Of a stretch of 64,000 bases of DNA, positions 41,322 through 51,589 are shown one piece after another. Under the pieces are notes generated by a model. That model was not told the DNA's origin. It was given only the letters and a program-made list of their open reading frames with translations, and made no database searches. This DNA is from Gammaproteobacteria bacterium (GTDB lineage Bacteria > Pseudomonadota > Gammaproteobacteria > UBA4575), in the NCBI GenBank assembly GCA_965222615.1, contig CBDCUI010000007.1, forward strand, positions 128,001-192,000, in the 5' to 3' direction. A program made the position numbers and the translations under genes. Numbering within the stretch: the first letter of the stretch is position 1; every line of letters begins with the position of its first letter.

Positions 41322-42579
41322 AGTTAAAACTCTTGGTGCACGTATAGCATTTGCAATGCTAAGCATTGTCGCAATTGGTGTTTTTATTCTAGGCATTGTG
41401 TTCTTTTTCACGTTTGACCATATGGAACATAAGCTATTGGAAATGTTAGACAGTTATGCAGTTCAGAACCTAAGTGAAGACGAATTTCAAAATACTACAC
41501 CAAATAGTGAACCTGAATTATTAGAAGAACAATTATTTTCAAGATTCTCCTCTTCTGACAATATCCCAGTTGAATTTAAGAAATTGAATGTGGGTTTTCA
41601 TCACGATGTCAAATACAACGGACGAAGTTATCATGTTGCAGTTAAAGAATTTGAAGGCACAAAAAAATATTTGCTTTTTGATATTACAGATATCGAAACA
41701 CAAGAACATGCACTTACTACAGTTATCATAGTTGCCACAACTGGTGTACTTATTATTGCAATTTGGGTTGCATATTGGCTATCGAGAAAAGTTATTCGAC
41801 CAGTACGAGAACTTGCTGAACAAGTCGGAGCTTTAGATCCAAATCAACGCAATATTCGTCTGGCAAAACAATATAATGATGTAGAAGTCGGCTTAATCGC
41901 CCAGTCATTTGATCATTATATGGAACGTTTAGATGGATTTGTCGAACGCGAACAATCTTTTACTTCTACTGCTAGCCACGAATTACGTACACCGCTTTCT
42001 GTTATATCAACTTCTGTCGAACTACTAGAAAATTCAGGGGAGCTTTCCACAAACTCTAAACAATATTTGAGTAAAATTAAAAAAAGTGCTAATGAAATGA
42101 CAAACCTTATCAGCTCATTATTATTTTTAGCACGCGAAGACTTACCTAATAATTATAAACAAATTGAACATACTGATATTTCACAACTCGCACATAACAT
42201 CGTTGACACCTATAGGTATATTGAAAAAGATAAAGACATCAAGCTATCAGTAACGGGGAACCAAAAAATGGAAATTGGTGCCCACAAAAGCCATGTGCAG
42301 ATTGTAATCAGCAATCTTTTGAATAATGCTATACGTTATACTCAAAAAGGTCGTGTTCAAATTATACTGCATGACAGTAAACTTGAAGTTGTGGATACCG
42401 GAAGTGGTATCGATGAATTAACATTGCAAAATGTTTTTGAGCGCGGCTTCCGTGGACTTGATAGCGCTGGTTATGGCTTTGGACTGTATATTTGCAAGCG
42501 CATCTGCGAACGCTATGGTTGGGATATATCTATATTTCGTAATAAAGATATCGGCTCTACAGCTATCGTTAGCTTCTAG
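41314..42579 (+). CDS. Sensor histidine kinase, ColS-like
   Basis: 2 TM, HAMP, SHELRTPL H-box, N and G boxes; periplasmic ExxE (ETQE) just before TM2. Confidence 0.9.
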   Translation: MVKVKTLGARIAFAMLSIVAIGVFILGIVFFFTFDHMEHKLLEMLDSYAVQNLSEDEFQNTTPNSEPELLEEQLFSRFSSSDNIPVEFKKLNVGFHHDVKYNGRSYHVAVKEFEGTKKYLLFDITDIETQEHALTTVIIVATTGVLIIAIWVAYWLSRKVIRPVRELAEQVGALDPNQRNIRLAKQYNDVEVGLIAQSFDHYMERLDGFVEREQSFTSTASHELRTPLSVISTSVELLENSGELSTNSKQYLSKIKKSANEMTNLISSLLFLAREDLPNNYKQIEHTDISQLAHNIVDTYRYIEKDKDIKLSVTGNQKMEIGAHKSHVQIVISNLLNNAIRYTQKGRVQIILHDSKLEVVDTGSGIDELTLQNVFERGFRGLDSAGYGFGLYICKRICERYGWDISIFRNKDIGSTAIVSF

Positions 42580-42626
42580 ATAACTGGACTAAAAAATAGC
42601 GATGAACGGCAAATCCTCTTTTGTCG

Positions 42627-42655
42627 TTTACATTTTGTTCACATCCTATTTACAA
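42627..42655 (+). promoter_or_regulatory. Triple direct repeat upstream of the biosynthetic operon
   Basis: TTTACAT (42627), TTCACAT (42638), TTTACAA (42649); exact 11-bp period. Confidence 0.65.
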
Positions 42656-42738
42656 ATGAACCACACCTATTTTTGTAATCTTTTCATATAGTTTGAACAT
42701 ATAAAGAGATTTCTTACACCAACAAGGCAATAAAACTC

Positions 42739-43398
42739 ATGGACGAATATAGTGGAGATCACAGCATGCTGGCCCTAAAAGAAGCTTCTTTCGATAATCC
42801 TATCCAATTACTAACAAAGGATAAGACACAATTTTTGCCATTGATACATAGGAACAATGATCCCAGCGCCTTTGCTGCAACTCAGTTTATAAAATCAGAA
42901 TTTCGCAAGCATTACAACGCATATGTTACTGAGTTCATGCCCAATCTAGTATCAATTATCAATAAAAATAAGAAAGTCAGAGCAGCTGTAGGTTATCGTG
43001 GCGCCACTACTGGTGAATTGTTTCTTGAACAGTATCTAGATAAACCTTTAGATACATATATCTCTGAATACTGCGGAGCTGACGTAACACGCGATCAAAT
43101 TGTTGAAGTTGGGAACTTGGCTTGTGCAGCTAATGGCTATGCAAGATTAGTCATTATTCGCTTGACAGAAATTCTTTATCGTAGTGGTTATCGATGGGTT
43201 GGTTTTACTGCAACACAAAATTTACTAAATTCTTTTCTTCGCTTAGGCCTCACTCCACATGCAATTACCTCTGCGGATGTATCACGCTTGAAAAATTCTA
43301 CTAACGATTGGGGCACCTATTACGATAATAATCCACAAGTAATGTTTGGAAGTATTGAGTGGGGATATAACAAACTCAAAGAAGAACATTTTATATAG
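42739..43398 (+). CDS. 'Thermostable haemolysin' family protein (probably acyltransferase-like)
   Basis: AAVGYR, LFLEQYLD.P, IVEVGNLA, WVGFTAT, WGTYY..NPQV; likely start 42766 after GGAG. Confidence 0.85.
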   Translation: MDEYSGDHSMLALKEASFDNPIQLLTKDKTQFLPLIHRNNDPSAFAATQFIKSEFRKHYNAYVTEFMPNLVSIINKNKKVRAAVGYRGATTGELFLEQYLDKPLDTYISEYCGADVTRDQIVEVGNLACAANGYARLVIIRLTEILYRSGYRWVGFTATQNLLNSFLRLGLTPHAITSADVSRLKNSTNDWGTYYDNNPQVMFGSIEWGYNKLKEEHFI

Positions 43399-43416
43399 AA
43401 AATTACATTTTGATAG

Positions 43417-44919
43417 ATGACTATATTAGAACAGCTACCATTACAAAATAATTCGGACTGTGCTCTTATTTCATCGCATGGAATAATGAAGTATGCCGAT
43501 GTGGTTGAAAAAATTTATCTCTATGCAGATTTCTTACAAGGACTTCGGCCTAAGTGCATTGCACTGTATTTAGATAATTGTTTCGAGTGGGTTATTACAG
43601 ATTTAGCTGCACATTTAAGCAATATCCCAGTCGTTCCACTACCCACTTTCTTTTCTCAAGCACAACTAATTCACTTAATAGATGATGTAAATGCTGATTT
43701 ACTCATTACCAACAAACAACTTAGCAAACAGCCATTACTTAGTCTATTCCAAAAAGAACCTATAAAAAGAGAACCTACTGGTGTTGAGCTGTATCAAAGA
43801 ACAATTTCATCAACAGTAAAGTACCCTGCTGGACTATCAAAGATTACTTATACTTCAGGCTCTACTGGCAGTCCCAAAGGAGTTTGCTTAAGCGCTAAAG
43901 CTCAACTCGAAGTAGTTAGTAGTTTACGCACTATCCTACAACCACTAAATATTAAAAAACATCTTTGTGTTCTTCCTCTTAGTACTTTACTTGAAAATAT
44001 TGCAGGTGTTTGGGCACCTTTATCGACTGGAGCTTTAGTTGCCGTACCTTCGTTACGAAAGCTCGGCTTTGAAGGTGCAAGTCAATTAAGACCACAACAA
44101 TTTCTAAATACTATTTTTCAGCATGATCCAGAAAGCATCATTTTGGTCCCAGAACTACTAAAAGTACTTGTATCAGCTTATGAAGCCGGAGCACTAAGAT
44201 CGCTTAATCTAAAGTTTATTGCCGTGGGCGGAGCGAAAGTAAGCTCATCTCTTTTAAAACGCGCACAGTCTCTAGGGCTTCCTGTATACGAAGGCTATGG
44301 CTTATCCGAATGTTGCTCAGTGGTTTCATTAAACCGGCCCTTCCAAAATAAATTAGGAACTTCGGGACAAGTCCTACCACACGCAAAAATGCGCATTTCT
44401 GATGACAACGAAATTGAAGTTTTGGGCAGCAACATGCTCGGATATCTACATCAAGAAAGCCTAATGCCTGATTTTTACCCAACAGGTGATCTTGGTGAAA
44501 TTGACGACGATGGTTATATTAAAATTAATGGTCGCAAAAAAAATATGTTTATCACATCATATGGAAGGAAAGTAAACCCGGAATGGATTGAAGAAGTTTT
44601 GCTTGAGCATGAGCTAATCAAGCAAACAATCGTTTTTGGAGAAAACCTGTCTTTTAACATTGCGATTATAGTACCAAACACAAAAGACATAAATAAGCAA
44701 AGTATTGCTCATGCAGTAGCTCAATCTAATTTATCTTTACCAAATTATGCAAGAGTTTCACGTTATCTGATTGCTGACTCTCCTTTTAATTTTAAAAGCG
44801 GGACACTCACTTCAAATGGAAAACTTAAACGTGATGCGATTTGGAAGTTATATGAAAAAGATATCCAGTTACTAACCGAAAATGCTAAGGGAATGAGCTT
44901 CACTGCTGCGGCTATGTAG
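43417..44919 (+). CDS. AMP-binding enzyme (long-chain acyl-CoA ligase-like)
   Basis: YTSGSTGSPKGV, YEGYGLSE, TGDLG, GRKK, GKLKR. Confidence 0.92.
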   Translation: MTILEQLPLQNNSDCALISSHGIMKYADVVEKIYLYADFLQGLRPKCIALYLDNCFEWVITDLAAHLSNIPVVPLPTFFSQAQLIHLIDDVNADLLITNKQLSKQPLLSLFQKEPIKREPTGVELYQRTISSTVKYPAGLSKITYTSGSTGSPKGVCLSAKAQLEVVSSLRTILQPLNIKKHLCVLPLSTLLENIAGVWAPLSTGALVAVPSLRKLGFEGASQLRPQQFLNTIFQHDPESIILVPELLKVLVSAYEAGALRSLNLKFIAVGGAKVSSSLLKRAQSLGLPVYEGYGLSECCSVVSLNRPFQNKLGTSGQVLPHAKMRISDDNEIEVLGSNMLGYLHQESLMPDFYPTGDLGEIDDDGYIKINGRKKNMFITSYGRKVNPEWIEEVLLEHELIKQTIVFGENLSFNIAIIVPNTKDINKQSIAHAVAQSNLSLPNYARVSRYLIADSPFNFKSGTLTSNGKLKRDAIWKLYEKDIQLLTENAKGMSFTAAAM

Positions 44920-44928
44920 GAGTACATC

Positions 44929-45603
44929 ATGGAATTTTTTAACGTAATCCAACAACACACACAAAAAGAGCGTGAGTATTTGTTGAGTTCGCCCATTATT
45001 ACTCAATGTATGCAGGGTGTAGTATCTCTTGAAAGTTACATTGCATTCTTAACTCAGGCTTATCACCATGTAAAACACACTGTACCGCTGTTTATGGCAT
45101 GTGGAAGTCGCCTACCAGAGCGTCTCGAATGGTTGCGAGAAGCGGTCGCTGAATATATAGAAGAAGAAATCGGTCATCAAGAATGGATACTCAATGATCT
45201 GCAAGCTTGCGGTGAAGACAAAGACAACATTCGTACTTCTACACCTAATTTTGAAACCGAGCTTATGGTCAGCTATGCCTATGATACGGTTAATAGAAAA
45301 AACCCTATGAGCTTGTTTGGCATGGTGAATGTTCTCGAAGGAACCAGTGTTGCTCTAGCCACAAATGCTGCCTCTATCATACAAAATAAATTAAATCTAG
45401 ATGAAGAAGCATTTAGTTATTTAAATTCTCATGGCAGCTTAGACCTGAAACATATCGAGTTTTATAAAGACCTTATGAACAGGCTAGATAACGAAGACGA
45501 TAAAAAAGCAATAATCCATTGTTCAAAAGCTGTATATATTTTATATGCAAATATTTTCCGATCTTTACCACTAGCAGATGAAAAACTTGTTCGGGTGGCA
45601 TAG
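44929..45603 (+). CDS. Haem-oxygenase-like (TenA/PqqC fold) iron-containing redox enzyme
   Basis: AYHHVKHT, EEEIGH, VLEG, HGSLDLKH dimetal-type ligand set. Confidence 0.85.
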   Translation: MEFFNVIQQHTQKEREYLLSSPIITQCMQGVVSLESYIAFLTQAYHHVKHTVPLFMACGSRLPERLEWLREAVAEYIEEEIGHQEWILNDLQACGEDKDNIRTSTPNFETELMVSYAYDTVNRKNPMSLFGMVNVLEGTSVALATNAASIIQNKLNLDEEAFSYLNSHGSLDLKHIEFYKDLMNRLDNEDDKKAIIHCSKAVYILYANIFRSLPLADEKLVRVA

Positions 45604-45606
45604 AGG

Positions 45607-46398
45607 ATGAAATTGAACAATACACGTGTATTACTCACCGGAGCAAGTGGCGGCATCGGCTCTGAAGTATGCAAACAGTTATTAGAGAATAATACCACTG
45701 TATTTGCTGTATCTCGTTATGAAAAAAAACTAAATGAGTTATTTTCTGTTGTAAGAAATCAGAAAGATCATTTTATTAAAATTGAAGCCGACATCACCAC
45801 GCAGTCTGGCCGTAATAAAATAATAGATATTATCAATGCTGAAAACAGTGGTATTAATGTCTTAATCAATTGCGCAGGCAGCAATTTATTCGCATCTGTA
45901 AGCGATCTAACAGAAAAAGACGTTATTCAACAAGTGAATACTAATTTAGTCGCGCCTATTTTGTTAATTCAATCCATGCTGCCAATACTCAAACAGCAAA
46001 CCAATGCAACAATAATTAACATCGGATCTAGCTTTGATTCAATTGGCTTTCCTGGGTTCTCAGTATATTCCGCTACAAAGTTTGGCTTAAGAGGGTTTTC
46101 GGAATCTTTACGAAGAGAATTATCCGATACCAATATTAAGGTTTGTATGGTTTCACCTCGTGCCACTAATACGGAAATGAATGGCACTAAAGTTCAACAC
46201 ATGAATAATGCTTTAAAAGTAAAAACTGATAGTGCAGATCAGGTTGCAAAAATAATTTTAAAAACGATTCAAAACTCCAGTTTAGAAAAATATATCGGTT
46301 GGCCAGAAAAATTGTTTGCGCGCATCAATAGAGTATTTCCATCTGTCGTAGATGGAGCAATATCTAAACAATTGCCGATAATAAAGCAGTATTTTTAA
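45607..46398 (+). CDS. Short-chain dehydrogenase/reductase
   Basis: TGASGGIG, NCAG, YSATK. Confidence 0.93.
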   Translation: MKLNNTRVLLTGASGGIGSEVCKQLLENNTTVFAVSRYEKKLNELFSVVRNQKDHFIKIEADITTQSGRNKIIDIINAENSGINVLINCAGSNLFASVSDLTEKDVIQQVNTNLVAPILLIQSMLPILKQQTNATIINIGSSFDSIGFPGFSVYSATKFGLRGFSESLRRELSDTNIKVCMVSPRATNTEMNGTKVQHMNNALKVKTDSADQVAKIILKTIQNSSLEKYIGWPEKLFARINRVFPSVVDGAISKQLPIIKQYF

Positions 46399-46412
46399 TA
46401 GAGGTACATATC

Positions 46413-47060
46413 ATGAAAAAATATGTTTTAAATATTCTAGTCATTTTAGTCATCTTTTTTATCCCATTTATAGCTGTGAATGCGGATTTTGATGGTGAGC
46501 TTCTAGAAATCCAACACGAGTGGGCAACTGCAAACTATCAACTTAAGGGAGATTCTCAGAAAAAAGCATTTGAAACTTTATTAAAAAAAACCAATACAAT
46601 AGTTTCTGCAAATCCAAATTCGGCCGAAGCCTTGATTTGGGACGGAATTGTAAATAGCACCTACGCAGGAGTCAGAGGTGGTGCTGGGGCATTAAAATAT
46701 GCAAAACATGCACGCAAAAATTTTGAAGCAGCAATTAAGATTAATCCTAAAGCTTTAGATGGCTCTGCCTATACAAGCTTAGGCACTCTGTATTACAAAG
46801 TCCCAGGTTTCCCAATTGGGTTTGGTAGCAATAAAAAGGCAGAATTGAACTTAAAAAAGGCCTTAGAGATCAATCCAAATGGTATTGACCCTAATTATTT
46901 CTATGGTGATTTTCTAATTGATAGAAAGCGTTATGACGAGGCTATTGTGATCTTAAACAAAGCCAAAGCTGCTCCAGATCGACCACAGCGCCCTATTGCA
47001 GATAGAGGTCGACGCGGCGAAATTGATAAAGCACTAGCAATTGCACAATCTAAAAAGTAA
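46413..47060 (+). CDS. Exported TPR-repeat protein
   Basis: Signal peptide; TPR helices; LYYKVPGFPIGFG, NPNGIDPNYFYG. Confidence 0.85.
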   Translation: MKKYVLNILVILVIFFIPFIAVNADFDGELLEIQHEWATANYQLKGDSQKKAFETLLKKTNTIVSANPNSAEALIWDGIVNSTYAGVRGGAGALKYAKHARKNFEAAIKINPKALDGSAYTSLGTLYYKVPGFPIGFGSNKKAELNLKKALEINPNGIDPNYFYGDFLIDRKRYDEAIVILNKAKAAPDRPQRPIADRGRRGEIDKALAIAQSKK

Positions 47061-47068
47061 CGTGGTTA

Positions 47069-48283
47069 TCAAAAATAATATGCAATATCAATTTGCAAAT
47101 AATCATCACGATGAAAATTATGCAACGGGTCTTGGTTGGCTACATTACTAAAGATTTGTAATTCGCTTTCTAAGCGCCAGCTGTCACTGAAACGGCGTTG
47201 TAGCTCAACACGAAAACTTTGACTATCAAAATCAAAATCATATATCCCACCCGCCAAAATCTCGGTATCTTGCACATCGTTAAATGCATAGCGCATGCCT
47301 AAGAACACATCGTCTTGAAAACCCGTAGGGGCATCTCGTTTTCGATCATCAAAGTGATATTCCGTTAACACTCCAATATCTGCAGCACTTTCCATCACGC
47401 CATAAAATGTGTATTCAAATCCACCTACTGCTGCGGTGAAGTCGCGACCTTTTTTAGTTTGCAAAATAGCTTCTAGTTTCCAGGTCCAATTACCTATAAT
47501 GGCTTGCAGATCCAAACCAGTTTGATCAATTAGCCCATAGAATGGAATAAGTTCTATTTCTCCATTTGAATTCAAAGTAGGTCGTAACTCCGGAGCACGT
47601 GAGGTGCCGTTGAAATGCGATAATCCTAAATCGACTGGACCAAATTGTGTTTTTAATCTTACTGCCCAATCAACATGATATTCCTCAGCTCCAGATTCAT
47701 ATTCTTCATTATCTGTGTCCACCACCAAACCCGTTCGTAACCGACCTTTGCGACCAGGAAAAGTTCTTTCGCGAAATCCTGGCAAGATATAAAACTGTAA
47801 TGCCCCCCAATCCTGTAACCAGGTGGTTTCTATCATTGGCTGCCCCAATTTATCTTCTGTATCTAAATTTTCGACTAAATCCGTCTGATTAATAATATCG
47901 ACAAGATGCTGAGACTCGGTTACACCCCAAAATACTTTGGCTAAACCAATCCGGAATTCCCAATCACCAATAACATGTAAATAATGTGCTTCACGAATAT
48001 CAACATGTGTACGTTCAGGATCGGTGGAATCTAAGCGTACAAATGGCGTGAACGTGATCGCACGAAAACCTGCGTTCCATTCTTGGTAATACTCGGGTTC
48101 AAATGCTAAAGAAAGATCGCCATCACGTTGTTGACTATGCTGTGCATCCTGCCAAAATGCACGACTTTGCCCCGAAACATAACCAGACCAACTACCGTGG
48201 TTATCTTCTGCACTAGACAGTGGTGCTGAAAGAATACACAGCGAGACAATTAAAATACTGCAAGTATCTTTTAAATATTTCAT
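47069..48283 (-). CDS. Outer-membrane beta-barrel protein associated with MMPL/LolA-like genes
   Basis: Signal peptide; DIREA, FWGVTES..LVDIINQTD; C-terminal IAYYF. Confidence 0.75.
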   Translation of the reverse strand: MKYLKDTCSILIVSLCILSAPLSSAEDNHGSWSGYVSGQSRAFWQDAQHSQQRDGDLSLAFEPEYYQEWNAGFRAITFTPFVRLDSTDPERTHVDIREAHYLHVIGDWEFRIGLAKVFWGVTESQHLVDIINQTDLVENLDTEDKLGQPMIETTWLQDWGALQFYILPGFRERTFPGRKGRLRTGLVVDTDNEEYESGAEEYHVDWAVRLKTQFGPVDLGLSHFNGTSRAPELRPTLNSNGEIELIPFYGLIDQTGLDLQAIIGNWTWKLEAILQTKKGRDFTAAVGGFEYTFYGVMESAADIGVLTEYHFDDRKRDAPTGFQDDVFLGMRYAFNDVQDTEILAGGIYDFDFDSQSFRVELQRRFSDSWRLESELQIFSNVANQDPLHNFHRDDYLQIDIAYYF

Positions 48284-48300
48284 TAATTATTAAATCACTC

Positions 48301-48440
48301 GTCATTGCGTGAGCGCACGGATGCGCGAATATCATATCCATCAGGAATGATGAAACACATTTTTAGTATTTTTATACGAAGCAATCCAGTCAACAATAAA
48401 AGATGGATCGCCACGTAATCTAAAGATCACTCGTGATGAC
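48301..48440. repeat. Family 2 repeat with nested family 3 insertion (~48310-48377)
   Basis: GTCATTGCG...GAAGCAATCCAGT...GATGGATCGCCACG...CTCGTGATGAC matches 35999-36076 apart from the insert. Confidence 0.7.
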
Positions 48441-48516
48441 AATACTTTTTGTTATCGTTAGGCCCAAGGTTCTAGCTCATACCCACCACTTTTAAATACA
48501 ATAATAGTCATCATTA

Positions 48517-49296
48517 CTATCGTAATCTCGGCAATGCATTAGGATTGAAATCGCGTTTTGCAACTTCCGTCTTGAACTTATAGTTTGCCCATTTCAGAGT
48601 TGTACTTTTCCCAGTTTGATGATTTTGCATAAACATTTCATCGGGCCGCCAGTAATAATCAATATGTTCTTGATAACCTGAATAGGTGAGTGTTTTGAGC
48701 AGAGCATTTTTGCGATCATAGAACTCGACTTTAACCGCGCGATATTCTTCTTTATCGATCCAGCCAATTTGTCTGGTATAACCTGAATATTCATATTCGG
48801 GATAACGTTCGACAACATAACACTCCCATTCACCACAGGCCTCATCGCGAAGGTATTTATAGGAATATTTTTCAACTTCCTGCGAGCCCAAGTCTTCAAA
48901 GGCAAATTCGCTACCTACAAAGGGTCCGGACTTATTACGCGAATTAATGCGCTTTACTCGTTTCAATGCGGGCAAGTAGAGCCACTGATCATCTGGTTCT
49001 AGGCCATGACTGTATGTAAGTACCGCAGTATGTTTTACATCGGCCGGCCGATCAAATATAGATAAAGTCTTATCTCCATCACCCTTTACCTCAAGCGTAC
49101 GTGTACGTATATATCGTGTACTTTCCTGACCTTTGCGATTACGCAATATCATGACCAAATCTGCAGTTTGCGTCTCAAAACCTGCATCGCGCTTATCTGC
49201 TGCAACAGCAATGGCCAAGCCTTTTTCTTCAGGTGTTTCAGCAAACGCGACAATACTAACTAGCAGCAGCCATGTCAGGAACCATATCTTTTTCAT
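48517..49296 (-). CDS. LolA-like outer-membrane lipoprotein-sorting protein
   Basis: PADVKHT, DDQWLYLPALKRVKRI, FVGSEFAFEDL; start set at MKKIW (signal peptide). Confidence 0.88.
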   Translation of the reverse strand: MKKIWFLTWLLLVSIVAFAETPEEKGLAIAVAADKRDAGFETQTADLVMILRNRKGQESTRYIRTRTLEVKGDGDKTLSIFDRPADVKHTAVLTYSHGLEPDDQWLYLPALKRVKRINSRNKSGPFVGSEFAFEDLGSQEVEKYSYKYLRDEACGEWECYVVERYPEYEYSGYTRQIGWIDKEEYRAVKVEFYDRKNALLKTLTYSGYQEHIDYYWRPDEMFMQNHQTGKSTTLKWANYKFKTEVAKRDFNPNALPRLR

Positions 49297-51589
49297 TCCT
49301 ACTCTCCTCAAGAGCAATCAATAACGGTGGTAAAAATAAGAAATCAATAATAAGTGCAATCACAATGGTAATTGCTGTTAAGAGTCCCATCGCTGAATTT
49401 AGTTCAAATGCAGACATCGCTAACACTAAGAATCCAGCTGCCAAAACAATCGTCGTAACTAATAATGCAGTGCCTACATTTGCAAAGGCATAGCGCACTG
49501 CATCGGTTGCACTAAGATTTTTTTCACGTTTCGCACGTAAATACTTGCTCATGAAATGCACGGTATCATCCACGACAATACCCAAGGTCATTCCAGCAAC
49601 CACGGATAGTGCCAAACCAATTTCGCTATCAAAAATTGCCCACACACCAAATGCAACCCCGATTGGTGTTAGATTTGGAATCATGCTTATTAGACCTAAC
49701 TTAAATGAACGCAAAGCAAAAATTAAAATGAGTGAGATTAGTGCTAATGCCGCTAAAGTGCCAACAATCATACTGTAAATGTTGCGCACTGCTAAATGTG
49801 AAAAGATCACTGCCGGGCTTGAAATAGATGCTTTTATTCCCTTGGCATTTTGCTCTAACCACTCTCTGGCTCTTGCTTCAAAATCAAGCATCTGTTTAGT
49901 ACTGAGTGTTTTTAATGTAGTGGATATGCGCGTTGATGATTTATCTACATTAATCTGATCGTTTAGATCTAATCCATACGGTAAAGACATTTCATAAAGC
50001 AAAAGATACTGCGCGGCTAATTCTCGATTCGTAGGTAAACTATATTGTTTTTCATTATCAGCATGCATATTTTTATTCAGACGTTTGAAGGTATCCGATA
50101 ATGTATTCACATGCATCACTTCAGGCTGCTTTCTATTCCAAGCAGTAAAGTTATCCATTTTTCTTAAAAATTCTGGTTCACTAATACCTCCAGAATCCTC
50201 CGTTTCTAGGGAAATTTGGATACTATATAAACCCGTGACTTTGTCTGCGACATAATCAGTATGACGACGAAACTCAATTGATTCATCAAAATACTCTACA
50301 AATCTATCGTTGATCTCATTACGTGGAACGATGGCAATAAATGCCACAATAATCGCACCCATTGTCCATAAAAGGATACGACGTTTATTGATAACAAACT
50401 CAGCAAAGTTTTGCATAAGTCGAGTTTTTCTATCCGGGCGCTGTTTCACTTTAAATGGCAACATTGCAGTTAATGCAGGTAAAAATAAAACAGACAATAA
50501 AAACGCATACGTAACACCCATTGCCGTGATATTGCCAAGATCACGAAATGGTGGCACATCACTAAAGTTTAAACTTAAAAAACCAATCACCGTGGTTAAG
50601 GATGTCAAAAAGATAGGATGAAAATTAATGCGTAGTGATTCTTTAATCGCAGCAATCTTATCCATACCGGAACGCATAGCATTTAAAAATGTTGTAAGAA
50701 AATGTACGCAATCTGCAACCGCTAAAGTAAGAATCATAGTAGGCGCAGATGCTGAAGGAGGTGTAAGTTTAAAACCTAACCAGCCGGCTGTGCCCATACC
50801 CATCAAGATTGAAAAAATAATAACTAGTAATGTAGAAAACGTCCCGGTAATACTGTGAGTAAACAAGAACAACCCTATAATGATGGCAACAAAAGCAAAT
50901 GGAATTAGATTTTTCATATCATTCTTACTTGCTTCTGGAAAAGCATTATTCATCATCACAATTCCAGTTGTATAAACATCAATCTCTGGGTGTGATTGTT
51001 CAAAATCTTTGATCATGCCACGTGTGAACGAAACTACCTCTGGGCCTTCGGCTGTTGGGTTTTCACCCGGTAATTCTATGGTGATATTCACCCCTGCTGC
51101 AGCAGAAGAGGCAGATACCAAACGATGCACTAACAGCGGTTCATTTAAGGCAACATTTTTTATGTACGCCAGATTTTCAGAAGTGAGGTTTTGAGCATCG
51201 TCTACTAAATCTATGACTATTAATTCATCGCCATCTGCATAGGTATGTTGAAAATTAGTAATCGAATCGACACGAATAGAATATGGAACTTGCCAAGATT
51301 GCTCAGTAAGTTCTTTTAACGCAGTTAAAAACTCTTTGTTGAATACATCTCCACTTTTTGGTTCCAACATAATATATACATTGTCATTTTTAGTATACGT
51401 ATCTTGGAGAGCTTCGAATTCAATCAACTGTGGATTATCTTCACTAAAAAAGTAACGATAGTCATTAGTAAAAACTAAATTTTTGCCTCCAGCAGCAAGT
51501 GTGAAGACAACTGCAATAGTTGCAAGGACAACTAGATACCGCCAGCGAATTACCCAATCTGAATATTTTCCAATCATTTTTATTCTCAT
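49256..51589 (-). CDS. MMPL/RND family transporter
   Basis: Duplicated TM architecture; AVADCVHF and GIVVDDTVHF; TSLTT..GF. Confidence 0.92.
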   Translation of the reverse strand: MRIKMIGKYSDWVIRWRYLVVLATIAVVFTLAAGGKNLVFTNDYRYFFSEDNPQLIEFEALQDTYTKNDNVYIMLEPKSGDVFNKEFLTALKELTEQSWQVPYSIRVDSITNFQHTYADGDELIVIDLVDDAQNLTSENLAYIKNVALNEPLLVHRLVSASSAAAGVNITIELPGENPTAEGPEVVSFTRGMIKDFEQSHPEIDVYTTGIVMMNNAFPEASKNDMKNLIPFAFVAIIIGLFLFTHSITGTFSTLLVIIFSILMGMGTAGWLGFKLTPPSASAPTMILTLAVADCVHFLTTFLNAMRSGMDKIAAIKESLRINFHPIFLTSLTTVIGFLSLNFSDVPPFRDLGNITAMGVTYAFLLSVLFLPALTAMLPFKVKQRPDRKTRLMQNFAEFVINKRRILLWTMGAIIVAFIAIVPRNEINDRFVEYFDESIEFRRHTDYVADKVTGLYSIQISLETEDSGGISEPEFLRKMDNFTAWNRKQPEVMHVNTLSDTFKRLNKNMHADNEKQYSLPTNRELAAQYLLLYEMSLPYGLDLNDQINVDKSSTRISTTLKTLSTKQMLDFEARAREWLEQNAKGIKASISSPAVIFSHLAVRNIYSMIVGTLAALALISLILIFALRSFKLGLISMIPNLTPIGVAFGVWAIFDSEIGLALSVVAGMTLGIVVDDTVHFMSKYLRAKREKNLSATDAVRYAFANVGTALLVTTIVLAAGFLVLAMSAFELNSAMGLLTAITIVIALIIDFLFLPPLLIALEESRNEKDMVPDMAAAS

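Noticed and set aside
42739-43398. Literal haemolysin/virulence interpretation
   Set aside because: No signal peptide or pore-forming features; context is enzymatic and the family name is historical
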